Positions 1 to 11,902 of a stretch of 64,000 nucleotides of DNA are shown piece after piece. Positions within the stretch are counted from its first letter, which is position 1. Every line of letters starts with the position of its first letter. A program made the translations under genes and the position numbers. This stretch comes from Lingula anatina (taxonomy: Eukaryota; Animalia; Brachiopoda). The stretch spans positions 8,618,001 through 8,682,000 of the forward strand of contig CM120649.1 in assembly GCA_051362555.1 (NCBI GenBank), given 5' to 3'. A model generated the notes under the pieces. The model saw nothing but the letters and a program-made list of their open reading frames with translations, was not told the DNA's origin and ran no database searches.

Positions 1-802
1 AGCTTTGTTTATTGGAGAAAAATGATGAACTTCTGAGAGCTGTTTAAAAAAGAGATTAAAACCAAGTTTTCAGCTCACCTTATCTACACCTGAATGAAAT
101 TGACAGTTATATAAACACACGTCAATCATTACACTGATAAGTTAATATCATATATCACACGATTATTCGACTTACAACACTCAAATGACATTATATTTTA
201 TCTTATAACAGAAATGAAATTTAAAGTGATTGTTTTTTATTTCCCTGGGAAATGATATTTTAGCATAGGGGGCTCGGTCCATACGTAAAAACAACTTCAA
301 TACGAGGTATATTTTGACTTCTAGGCTGTCTCAACATGGTTGTGACGACAACCACAGAATTGATGGAAATGTGCTAGATGTGACAAGCCGTTGACCACTG
401 TAAATATGTACGTACAATAGGCCATAAAGTCACCATTTATCTCACTAAAGAATATCGTTAAAATTTTTTAATGAACGTCTCTTGGCAGGGTTGATTCAGC
501 AAGTCAAAGTCAACAGGGTATAATTTGCAAAACCTTGTTATTTCCAACTTACTTTCGAACTGGTCATTGTAAGTGTCGCCACTTTCTAAAAACATGTTTT
601 CTGTCACATTCAAAAAGGACATCTTTTTTTTTCAAAGTCAAATAAATTACGTTGTAGCTTGATACCACAATCTAACGTTAAATAAATCGCATGCAAAAGC
701 AACAAAGTCACAGACAGACTACACCTATTCCCTGTGCACCTACAGTAACTATGTCATTTTTCCTTGTATCCTCCAATGTCAAAATACAACTTTGAAGCTA
801 TT

Positions 803-804
803 AC

Positions 805-879
<75 letters not shown>
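803..879. repeat. (CA)n(GA)n microsatellite
   Basis: Directly visible dinucleotide runs. Confidence 0.95.
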
Positions 880-882
<3 letters not shown>

Positions 883-2756
883 ATGAGTTGCAGAAGATAC
901 AGGCATATTTAATTATGTCAATAACAATACCTTACGAAATTAAATGAAGGTGTAGATTGACACTTTAAATGGAATTGGTGACGGTAACTCATTCAAAATA
1001 CAGAACATGCCAGTATCAGTACTTGCACAAAAGTTTGAAAGCATCACAGAAGGATTATTGGTGAGGGGAGAGGGGGGGAGATTAGGGCCATCCGAGCAAA
1101 TTTACGTCTTAGAAGAACGCGAGCTTCAATGGAATAATTCTCGCCTGCAACGCGGACAGTCCGTGTTTGATTCCCAACAGATGCAAAATCTGTTAAACCG
1201 ACAACTATTTGGAAAAAACGATATGCATTAATCCTGTCTTTGGAAACGTATTCTTTGCACAAGGGAGTTTCCTGGGTAGAATACTTTATGGTACAGCAAC
1301 CATGGATATGTTTCTAAATGAATTACTGGGTGGCAGGCTTTGTCAGTGATACGCTTTTATAACTGTTCTCTAATAACTATAGAAACTTTTGTTGTTTGTT
1401 CTAAAAACTGCTTGCAAAAAAGAAGAACCCGAAACAGACCTCTTTTAAGGTGTTTTACTTCGATCAAGTGTAGTATAGTTGTTCTCAAAAATGGCACATG
1501 TTTGGCGCCAAAATAAATCATAGTTAGCATGTGGCCCACCCTAAATGTATGACTCAATTTTTGGAGCCCACCCCTAGCCTTTTAGTAGACAAAAAGAATG
1601 TAACTCACACCTACTGTTTCCGCCCCCCCTTCCCGGGTACTTTATTATTATTCCCTCAATAAAAATATATAGCAATCGCTTTTTATAAGTACCTCAGTAT
1701 TAGGAATCGATAATTCATAAAAAGGTAAATGGATACAGAATACATATATAAATAATCTTACAGTGTGTAGAGGGTACACGTTGTCTGCTCACTGGATAGG
1801 ACATACATGTGGAACACATTGGAGTAGATAGAGGGAGGGGGGCGTACTCTCAGGCCCTACTGGCTGTTACTAAATTCATCCCAGGAACGAATCGAGCAAT
1901 GGTTTGCAATAAGAAAAATATTCTCCAGGAAAATTTAATTTGGTAGCTCCAATTATATTTTACCGATAAAAATATTATCGAATGATTTAATATCAAAATA
2001 AAGATTAATTAAGATTGCCACCTTTGGAATCTTTGGTTTGAGCATCGATCACATCCTGTCAGCCTTATTACTGAAGACAATCTAATTTGCATATAAGAGA
2101 AAAATGCAGTTTTTTTGTTTGTTTTGGATTCATTACACATTTTTTCATAATTTTCAAATATAAATGTTCCTTTTTTACTGATACACTTATGAATATCTTA
2201 TCAATACGCGCAGTTTATTAGTTAAACAATCACAAATAACCATCATATCCCAAGTGTATATGACGTAATCTCTCCCAGGTCATAAAAGTGGTAAAATAGC
2301 GATGATTGCCGCCCAGCTGGTGAAGTAGGCCAATTGCCTGTATAATTCTCCCATACGGTTATCTATTTTTTCTAGTGTGGAACATTTAAGGGGGAAGACG
2401 GTGAGAGAACATTATCAAGTGACCAAAAGAATTGACATAAATAAAGTTACTGAAAGCAAAGTATATTGCAATATTTTACAAAGTTAAAAAAAGTGCCCCA
2501 ATTATTTAATTTCACAGTGTTCAATTTTGCAGATATCGTGAGACCTTTCTATTTCATCTGCCTCTCCCTAAAATGACGCTGCCCGCGTTAACTCTTCAAC
2601 TCCCGGGAAACGCAGAGCGCGTCGTGGCAGCATGAGAACGATGCGTAAACATAGGAGCTAGGAGGGTTAAGAGAGGGTTAATCCCCCCTCATACACACAC
2701 ATTTTCCAATCATCATGGTGGAGTAACATTGTAAAATTTCCCTCGGCTCCAGGGCG

Positions 2757-2893
2757 TATATAAAGATGGAAAGCTATGTGCTTGCAACACTATTTCTACC
2801 CGGCAACCGCGGGCACTTCTTGAGAACAATAAGTGGTTTACTCGTAGTGGACAGTGGTCAACAGGTCACGAAGAGAGCACTTGGGACACTCAG
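2757..2893 (+). promoter_or_regulatory. Candidate TATA promoter and short non-coding first exon of an unidentified + strand transcript
   Basis: TATATAAA at 2757-2764; CpG-richer upstream region; splice donor CAG|GTAAAC at 2893/2894, conserved in the duplicate (40843/40844). Confidence 0.45.
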
Positions 2894-3245
2894 GTAAACT
2901 GACCATTGGTGATGGGTCTGTCATCAGTTGTCAGAGGTCACTGTTAGTGTGTTGTATTTGCATTTTCATAGATTTTGTATCAATAGTTTGTATATGGTAT
3001 CATAATCAGTAATTTAATACCCGTGTATATAAAACCCAGTGAGAACAGAGGGATGAGTTACAGGGGCGGATCCAGGATTATTTAAAGGGGGAGGGTCCGT
3101 TTTTTAGGAATGACAGGCATGCAAAGCTGACCCTCGACCCCCCCCCCCTTCTCCACCCTCATTAGCGTGGGGTTGGGACCCCACTGAAGGGCTCTGAATT
3201 TTTTTTTTTTTGTATTTTAGAGGACCAACGGTGCTGTTTGGAAAT

Positions 3246-3344
3246 GTGTGAGAGAGAGAGAGAGAAAAAGAGAAAAACAGCCAGAAAGAGAAAAAGAAAC
3301 AGAGAGAGACTCAGAGTGAAAGAGCAAAAGAGAGAGAGAGAGAG

Positions 3345-3384
<40 letters not shown>
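3246..3384. repeat. (GA)n/(GT)n microsatellite
   Basis: Directly visible; it explains spurious ORF 3238-3492. Confidence 0.95.
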
Positions 3385-3387
<3 letters not shown>

Positions 3388-4143
3388 AACGAAAAGATTT
3401 CATTTTATCCACTAATTTGTATGGAAAAGACTACCGGTACTCTTGGAATAATTGTTTTAGAAAATGAAAAGGTTTGTGAATTTTGTCTTTAAGTGTCATG
3501 AAACCTAGGAAATATTACTGATGTGAACATTTCCCTTTTTTAAGAAGACCAAAATCAGCTGGGATTTTAAAATTGTTTTTATTAATTTGTTTTATACTTT
3601 TCAGTTAGAACTCATTTACCTCTAAGGATCTGAAGTAATTGGAATATTTCAAGCTGCCCAAATGTCTGAAGGCATTATGACCCGTTTTAAATAAAGCAAG
3701 ACAACTACAGGCCATGCTTGAAGCTCCTTATGAATACCACCATAATTACTGAAGACAGTGATTTCTTTCTGTATTTTTAAGTATCATATATAAACTGACA
3801 ATTGTTTCTCAGGAAAACTTGCCATGTCCAGACAAGGAAACATTTGCTTGGTACTGCACACCTTCTGTGACATTCCATTCCTTGATATTACAATTTTGGA
3901 TTAAGAAACTTGCATAATAAAAGAATTGGCATATCTATTTCATTTAAACGTGAAAATGCTGAAATGTAGAAGCAAAAATATAATACTCAGTAATTGAGCT
4001 GTTTTGGGGTAAGTGCATACCACTGCTCATTTATGTATCTATAGTTAAATGTTTTTTCAATGTAAAAGAAATAAAATAAGAAATGTGATTAAACATTTTG
4101 AGATAAATTAGCTAGCACTTGGATCAGGGAGTCAGAAACTTTG

Positions 4144-4303
4144 GTGCATTGTAATAAAGTAATTGATGTATAACTTCATTAATTGTGCATTGGAATAAAG
4201 TAATTGATGCAGTACTTTGTTTATTGTGCATTGGAATAAAGTAATTGATGTAGTACTTCATTTATTGTGCATTGGAATAAAGTAATTGATGTAGTACTTC
4301 ATT
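4144..4303. repeat. 41-bp minisatellite, about 4 copies
   Basis: GTGCATTGGAATAAAGTAATTGATGTAGTACTTCATTTATT recurs at 4144, 4185, 4226 and 4267. Confidence 0.9.
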
Positions 4304-5277
4304 TTAATATTGTAATTAAAGGTCAGTAGTAATAAGTACTTAGCAATGAGGTGATGCCTTTTTCATTATTGATATATATGTCTTATTGTTATAATTATTG
4401 TTATATCTCACACTACATTCATAAGTAAAGATGAATATAGCTATCTTGAGCATAATCAGGCGAAAAATAAAATAAAAATAAAATAACAATCCTGCTGTAA
4501 TTGGAAGATCAGCAGATTATAATGTTAGGGGCATGAAATGGATGTGAAATGTTTGTTAATAAATTTTTTAACATTGTGGTTGAGAGATTCCTGGGTTCAA
4601 AGCATTGTCTTTTTGCTGGAAAAGGTCCACTCTTAATCAGAATTTAATCTAGGCTCTTTTTCAACTTTGGACAACTATTGGGGTAAAAAAAAGCAACTTT
4701 TCAAAAAAAAAAAATTAACTCTTTGGAATTGCTGGCTTCTTGCCTGTTGTTTCAAATGAATTAAAATAAGAATGGCTATTATAATGCTAACTTAAACTTT
4801 TTAATTTAGAAAAGAAGGCAAAACAAAACTCATTTGATAACAGAAAATAAAATTTTTATTGTAAAACTAAGAGAATGATATACTGAAGTTTTTAAATTGA
4901 CTGCCACAGAGGTAAAAATACTCTAGTAGTTCTGCACTGTCCTCCCTGAAAAATAAGAAGATAAAAACATTAAAATATAATTCAGTTAAAATGTATTAGT
5001 TATTAAAAGGCAGCAATCCAACAACCACCAGGTCTTGGCTGCTATCATATAATAACTGCCGTCAAATACAATATTTACCAGTTGTTTGACATAGGTTGCC
5101 TCTTAAAAACCTTAACTTAGCTATGATGCCATCCAAAGAAGGAAGCAAACAAAATATCTTTCATATGACAGTAAAATTAATCTGTACTTTTGAAAATGAT
5201 GTCAAATTTTCCTAATTTTTTAATGTTTGAAGTGACAATTTTCATTAAATAATAATAATAATAATAATAATAACCAT

Positions 5278-5360
5278 TTATGTCCTTGACCTGCGCCTAA
5301 AGCAGGACGTAAAAAGATTAAATAATCTCCGCCACCGTGAAGGACGGCGATCCTTGGCTG
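5278..5360 (-). CDS. CBM20 gene terminal exon (AKDRRPSRWRRLFNLFTSCFRRRSRT*)
   Basis: tttatttcag| acceptor (NAGNAG); GC-rich island in AT-rich flanks; TAA at 5278-5280; minus-strand AATAAA at 4855-4860. Confidence 0.8.
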
Positions 5361-7228
5361 CTGAAATAAATGACAAAACATTACTCCATAAAATGCTATA
5401 ATATATTATAACCTTCAATATACAATTTGTGCACCATCTTATTTCATAAATAAATCAACATTGAAACACCTGTACCACTGTTAAGAATAATCAAATTTTG
5501 AATTTCAATTAATACTTGTCAAAAGTACAAATACTGTTTGCACAACAAGGAGTGTGTGTGTGTGTGTGTGCATGCAAGTGCATGCACAGTCACATTTTAA
5601 CACTGTAATAAGTAGATACCTATTATATAGACCCTGCCGTCTTACCTCTCTCCTTCACGTCCTCTATCACAATTTTTGTGTCTTTGACATTAACTGAAGA
5701 AAAAAATGGAAAACAAAATAATTCTGTCTATGAGCACAACAAGGATATCATACATAGACAAAGATACAATAATGAATAAGATCACCTAACAGTGAATTAA
5801 CACAATGATTGTGTATGAGAGCCTGCTTCTGTGTGTGTGTGTGTGTGTGTGTGTGTAAACTTTTTGGGTGTGTTTAAATGGACCTAACTTTCTTACCTAT
5901 TTTCTTGATATCCTCAGCAAGTGATACACTGTTTGCGACTTTAATGTCGGCTGAAGCGAAAAATATGGAATGGAAACCAAATGAAACAAAATCCATGTTC
6001 AAACAGAATTCGGGTACAAATACGGAATTACATTGGTGAAAACACATTCAAAGACATAATTCACTTAAAATAAATTTGGATCTTCTTAAGTATGCTAAAG
6101 ACAAGACTTTGGATAAGCAGCATGGTGTGCGTGTACTGTGTGAGAGTGCATGTTAGTGTGTGTGGACGCATGTGCATTACTGAGTTTCTGGTCTCACCTA
6201 TCTCCTCAATACTTTTAACAACTGTTAAAACTGTTGCATATTTCTTGTCTTTGGTATCAACTGAAAGAACAGAAGCAAATTTAAAGGAGTACAAATCATG
6301 TTCAATCTTAACACAGTAAAAGCATGAATTTTTCTGAAAATAAAGAGTGTGTGTGTGTGCAAGTGTGCACATGTGTAGATTTCATATGTGTATTTAAATA
6401 ATAAATATTTTACTGAGATTCCTGTCTTACCAGTCTCTCCAGTGTTAGGAGCCTTTACTCTGTTATCATCCTTGGTATCAACTGAAACAGAATAATTAAA
6501 ATGAAAGGGAATACAATTTATATTGAATCTAAGCTTAACATGTTACGTTACGGCAGTAGTAATGTAATAATACAGGTAAGTAAGAAACAAGAGGGGATGT
6601 GTTAGTCAGTTATATTTTTTTATTAATCTGATTGCATTCTGAAGTTTCCATGGAGTTTGTGCACATTAGCTAGGTAGACAAAATTGACCAAATTCATTGT
6701 GAATGGTCCCTGATAATCAACAGCTTCAAGGGTCAAGACTTGCACCCTGAGAGTTAAGGTGTTTGTAGTAAAAAACAATGATACTTTTACTTCAAGATTC
6801 CTTGCAAATAGTGAGAATGAACAAACACACCATGTAAATTGCTAAAATGAACTGAATTATTACCTGCAATTTGCTTACCACTGGTGTGGACTTCAGCTTC
6901 ATATGTGTAGTTAGACTCTGGAATAAGATGCATACATTTTTTGTTATTCACAAATTATGATATAGACATTGAGAATGAAATAGTCTAAATTTCATTTGAT
7001 AGAATTAAAGGGCCATTTCTTTCCATATCTTACATTTTATAGAATAATAATGTTAATTCGCCTTTCTTTCCATTAGATAGATTTAATAGAATTACAAGAC
7101 CTTTTATTTCCATGTCCAGTTCTCCCCATGTACAGGTCACTTCCATGCTGTCCTTGGTGGTCACCTGGAGGCACCTGTTCCTAAAGGGTTCAGGCTCCCA
7201 TATCCAGCCAGACCCAGGGTGGTAAGGC

Positions 7229-7259
<31 letters not shown>

Positions 7260-8284
7260 ATTGAAGATAAGTAGATGTCTGAAATGTAAAAGAAAATTCA
7301 AATGAAAAGATACATATATTTAAAATTTGACTAATCAAATACATTGTAATCTACAAGAAATGAATGAAGCTAAAAAAAAAAAAACACTTAAATTTGTTGA
7401 ACTTAGATTTTATTTTTCAATAAAAAGGAAAATTATTTTCATCTCAGTTCATTTGTCATTACAAATAAATTAATATATTATACTTACGTTTTGTGGTCTA
7501 ACAAACTTCCACTCTATATTTGCAGCCTTGGGCAGAAGAACTTCCGCCCTTAGAACAGGGACACCCAACTCGGTGCACCTAGCAAGATTTACACCACGTT
7601 GGGTGTCCCATGTTCCAAGGGCAGTTCCTCTGCCCACTGCTTTAGCTTTTAAGATATTGTCCTTTAGGACTATTCGAACAGTGGCCATGGCTGTTCAAAA
7701 TGAAACAGAAAATAGAAAGAAATCTTGTCAATATATCTTTTTGATGTTGTAATTGCAGACATTCAAATCACTCACTAAATATAAAAAAGGGATATATTGC
7801 ATTCTTATTATGAATAAGTAAGTCAATTTCTTTTTCATTTATTTAAGAACATTTAAAAGTATGCAAGAGCAGTTTAGGACAATGTATTGATTTGGTAGAA
7901 CATGTATTAGACTTGGTCCCCATACCTAGATCTATATCTTATATAGGATCAATCCATCCCCAAGAGGTTTCTCCCTAAATTACAATCAACTTAAGCAGCT
8001 GAGATGTGTGTCAGAAGCTGCGAGGGGGATATTAATGATCATTTAGCACCTTCAGTAGGAGTGGCAGACATCTAGACGCTTAAGATGAAAGCAATTTTGG
8101 GAGAAACCCCTTGGAGATGGATCGGCCCTGTTAGATCGATCTAGGTATGGGAACTCAGTCTATGACTCATACAGTGTACAGCCTGATTATATATAAGAAT
8201 AACTTCTCGTGCATGCACGCACACACACAACTTACGAGCACACTGCTCTTCTTTGTTATTTTCAATTTCCATATTAACTGACAT
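5278..8284 (-). CDS. CBM20 (starch/glycogen-binding domain) protein, 9 coding exons, about 238 aa
   Basis: Exons 8236-8284, 7488-7690, 7101-7227, 6879-6917, 6431-6481, 6198-6260, 5897-5950, 5646-5693, 5278-5360. All are GT-AG bounded, phases are compatible, and the 717 nt are open to TAA. The translation has CBM20 hallmarks G..LGTWD..., IEWKFV, WEPEPFRNR and C-terminal TW. Confidence 0.88.
5646..6917 (-). CDS. CBM20 gene: five symmetric phase-1 micro-exons (39, 51, 63, 54, 48 nt)
   Basis: Each is bounded by (t/c)cag| and |gt(a/g)ag. They encode SNYTYEAEVHTS, VDTKDDNRVKAPNTGET, VDTKDKKYATVLTVVKSIEEI, ADIKVANSVSLAEDIKKI and VNVKDTKIVIEDVKER. Confidence 0.8.
7101..7227 (-). CDS. CBM20 gene exon 3, C-terminal half of CBM20 (PYHPGSGWIWEPEPFRNRCLQVTTKDSMEVTCTWGELDMEIK)
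   Basis: tttatttag| acceptor, phase 0 in and phase 1 out; WE..NR motif. Confidence 0.88.
7488..7690 (-). CDS. CBM20 gene exon 2, N-terminal half of CBM20
   Basis: tttgaacag|CCATGG ... CAAAAC|gtaagt; ORF 7470-7688 reads MATVRIVLKD..GTALGTWDTQRGVNL..LPKAANIEWKFV. Confidence 0.9.
7910..8160. mobile_element. Foldback MITE with TA flanks in a CBM20 gene intron
   Basis: Long imperfect inverted arms (CCCATACCTAGATC.. / ..GATCTAGGTATGGG), TA on both sides; related copies near 25089-25335 and 63100-63183. Confidence 0.8.
8236..8284 (-). CDS. CBM20 gene coding exon 1 (MSVNMEIENNKEEQCA)
   Basis: ttgcttgcag|ATG ... GCTC|gtaagt; joins in frame to the next exon. Confidence 0.75.
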
Positions 8285-8509
8285 CTGCAAGCAAAAAATC
8301 AAATCATACTTTAACATGTTCCAATAACAGATTTCAGTTGCATCTTTCTTTTGTAGTGATACACACCATTATATTAATTGGGATTATCAGCAAAAAATTG
8401 ACGTTGTGTAACAGGAAATTCTCCAAAATTTCATTTAGAATAAATTTATCATATAAAAAAACCTGGATACAAACTTTCATGGTCAATTTTGAACAAAAAT
8501 TTAACTTAC

Positions 8510-8630
8510 CAGCTACTGTGCAATATTATATCTTTGCTTTGTTTACTAAAACAATAAACAGGAATAATTACTGTATAAAGAAATTTGATTGGGCGGCTCC
8601 TGTATTGTTCCTTAACTTTAAACCAATAGG
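8510..8630 (-). promoter_or_regulatory. Candidate 5' UTR exon and CCAAT/GC-box promoter of the CBM20 gene
   Basis: Minus-strand donor CTG|GTAAGT at 8510/8509; ATTGG plus GGGCGG at about 8588-8596 and CCAAT at 8623. Confidence 0.45.
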
Positions 8631-8699
8631 AATGGCGCTGTTTTAACGGTCTCGACGTGACTTTCTCTGCTTTACAAATCCACTATATCACACACAACT

Positions 8700-10345
8700 G
8701 GAGCCTGGATATCCTGTGTAAGATTCTTAATGCCTCCATCCTTGCACGTTTTTTTTAGGAAGCAGGCGATGAACCTCTTTCTCTGACTGATATCGGTTGG
8801 GGTGTATGGTGCAAACCCAAAGTCTCACCTCTTGCACAGCGCCATCTATACTCGATGTTAACATGGTGTCAGCGAAAGGTGAAGATGAAAAACCGAAAAT
8901 TTCATCCAACTTTCTGTACACTGGATGTCATCTTCAGTCAGGGCATTCTGAAATGCCATGATTATAAAACGTCATTAGGATAAAACATTTGAAATGAAGG
9001 ATACGTATGTGATATCGACTGTGTCAGTTGTTCACTGTTCACATCACGATGCAATGTGCTTGTCACAATGTGACGATAACACGATTTATAGACCGTTGGC
9101 TGCAGATAATAAGTGCTTTTGGAAAACAGACGAGATTGAATGCCGTCATCCACTTTAACTTTTTCATCTGTAATGATGCAACATTTTGCGATGGCAGGTG
9201 AGATGATTTATTATAAATCAAGCACAACTGACGTTGTGTCTTCTTTTATGAATACAATTTCCTATTGTTCTTCTTGAGTCATCTGAAGAGTTCCAACGCA
9301 AAATGATCGCCGACAGGGTTCCTGTAAATACCCGAAACATAATCATCAACGACCTATATGCTCTTTTGCGCTCCCAGACTGAAGACGACAGGGACATCAG
9401 CTACAGCAGAGAAGTATGGATCCCGACTGATAGGAATATTACTAATGAAAATTTGAACATCAGATTGTTGGCTGAATGGAACGATAATTGACGCTCGTCA
9501 TGATATAATTAAACACCAATTCCCGCTTCCAGAAGGACTCTAGTCTTGTTCACTGGCAGTACAGTTAGATTTCAAACGTCACAAAAATCAATTTATCCAA
9601 ATTATAAACCGAACACCAGACAGTGGAACACATTTTCTCACAGTTTCAAACATCGGGTGTGCCCCAGATCTGGTGAATATATGCGATTCCTCTTTCAGTG
9701 ACATTCCAACCATGGAAAAAATGTGCATTGCAACATTGATAGCACCATCATCAAGAACTCTACAAATTAACGTTTTGGACGTAACCCAACAAAATAACAA
9801 CTAGTAAACTACAATTGCGGTCTGTACGCCCTAGTGAATATGGTTACCTTGGCGCACAGCAAAGATCCAACAACCATGGAAGTATGACCACAAAAAACTT
9901 TGTTCACATTTTTTTTTTGTTTAAAATGACGTCATCTATTGCTTTTCCTATAACAAGCAGGCGTAAAATTAAAAATCATATTAAAAAAAACTCCCTTGTG
10001 ACCAATTTATACTGTGAATGCCACCTGCCAGATACACACACCCTGAATGTCATTTGTGATGGTTGCAATAAAGAATACCATCCTCTATGTATAGGTACAA
10101 CAGACGATGACGTCCTAAAACAAGATGGCATGTATTGTACAAAGTGCACAAAAAGCAGGCAATAATCATAATAATAATAATAACCCAATATATTTATATT
10201 TGTCTTGTTTTTCTTTTAGCATTACATAGATAATGTTCCCTTGTTTCACAATGTATTAAATACACGTTCCGCTTTTTACTGTATTCCGCATTTTAGTCTG
10301 TTCCACTGTTCCGTTGTTCTGGTTTTCTGTCTTTTAGTTTCTGCC
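8700..10345 (+). pseudogene. Decayed DNA-transposon gene: Ulp1-like (C48) cysteine protease plus PHD finger
   Basis: About 9500-9860 translates KHQFP..GL*..FIQIINR..GTHFLTVSNIGC..ICDS..QQ..(shift)NCGLYAL, giving the His/Asp/Gln/Cys residues. ORF 9815-10165 ends in a PHD (YCEC..CDGC..YH..C..YCTKC). Stops and frameshifts are present. TTCCG-rich terminus ends in CTGCC at 10345. Ulp1+PHD is a known cargo of Mutator/Ginger1-type transposons. Confidence 0.75.
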
Positions 10346-10370
10346 ATCACTAACATGTATTAGCACAACC

Positions 10371-10471
10371 CAGGGGCAGATCCAGAGATATTTTCTGAGA
10401 GTCTTCAAAATCATGTTTGTTGATCCATCCTCCATTCTGAAGACCCAGAAGACGGCCTAAATCTGCCCCTG
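10371..10471. mobile_element. hAT-like MITE (CAGGGGC.GAT TIR)
   Basis: TIR CAGGGGCAGAT/ATCTGCCCCTG; flanks CAACC/CTACC; same family as 60964-61131. Confidence 0.75.
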
Positions 10472-10727
10472 CTACCGTCCTGAGTTTCAGTGACCACAGG
10501 AAATCCACCTGTCTTCTGTATTACCAGCACTGGTATAGTAGTATATGCCTCGGCTGTAACCAACAACAACACTTTATTTTGTTAGATAATTTTTTACACA
10601 TTCCTTCACGCTTTATTTGTTGAACGAAAGTAATAAATTGTCAATACTCTCAGACTCTGGAACTTTCTGTGGAAAATTCCTGACCACTGAGTTTTTTATC
10701 TCTTCCAGTCCATCATCTGACTTAAGT

Positions 10728-11902
10728 CTACTACACTGTACTAGGAGACACAGGACTATACTGACACAATGGAATACAATGACTCCAGACTACTACACTG
10801 TACTAGGATACACAGGACTATACTGACACAATGGAATGCAATGACTCCAGACTACTACACTGTACTAGGAGACACAGGACTATACTGACACAATGGAATG
10901 CAATGACTCCAGACTACTACACTGTACTAGGAGACACAGGCCTATACTGACACAATGGAATACAATGACTCCAGACTACTACACTGTACTAGGAGACACA
11001 GGCCTATACTGACACAATGGAATACAATGACTCCAGACTACTACACTGTACTAGGAGACACAGGCCTATACTGACACAATGGAATACAATGACTCCAGAC
11101 TACTACACTATAATAGGAGGCACAGGCCTATACTGACACAATGGAATACAATGACTCCAGACGGCTACACTGTACTAGGAGACACGGGACTATACTAACA
11201 CAATGGAATACAATGACTCCAGAATACTACACTGTACAAGGAGACACGGGACTATACGGACACAATGGAATACAATGATTCCATACTACTTCACTGTATT
11301 AGGAGACACAGGACTATACTGCCACAATGGAATACAATGACTCCAGACTACTACACTGTACTAGAAGACAAAGGACTATACTGACACAATGGAATACAAT
11401 GACTCCAGAATACTACACTGTACTAGGAGGCACAGGGCTATACTGACACAATGGAATACAATGACTCCAGACTACTACACTGTACTAGGAGACACAGGAC
11501 TATACTGCCACAATGGAATACAATGACTCTAGACTACTACACTATACTAGGAGGCACAGGACTATACTGACACAATGGAACACAATGACTCCAGACTACT
11601 ACACTGTACTAGGAGACACAGGCCTATACTGACACAATGGAATACAATGACTCATGACTACTACACTACGAGGCACAGGACTATACTGACACAATGGAAT
11701 ACAATGACTCCAGACTACTACACTGTACTAGGAGACACAGGACTATACTGACACAATGGAATACAATGACTCATGACTACTACACTGTACTAGGAGACAC
11801 AGGACTATACTGACACAATGGAATACAATGACTCCAGACTACTACATTGTACTAGGGGGCACAGGACTATACTGCCACAATGGAACACATTACCTCCAGA
11901 CT
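10728..11902. repeat. 62-bp minisatellite, about 19 copies
   Basis: GACTACTACACTGTACTAGGAGACACAGGACTATACTGACACAATGGAATACAATGACTCCA repeated with period 62. Confidence 0.97.

Larger units (their letters stand above)
1..3060. repeat. Segmental/tandem duplication, copy 1 (paralogous to 36910-42065)
   Basis: Colinear near-identity, e.g. AGCTTTGTT..GAAAAATGATGAACTTCTGAGAGCTG at 1 and 36910; ORFs 1044-1262 and 39036-39254 are near-identical translations. Copy 1 runs off the window start. Confidence 0.95.

Noticed and set aside
3238-3492. ER/CV-rich ORFs (also 43065-43439 and 60117-60353)
   Set aside because: They are translations of dinucleotide microsatellites.
10728-11902. Regular repeats resembling a CRISPR array (also 43411-44630)
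   Set aside because: Units are head-to-tail with no unique spacers, the context is eukaryotic and there are no cas genes; these are minisatellites.
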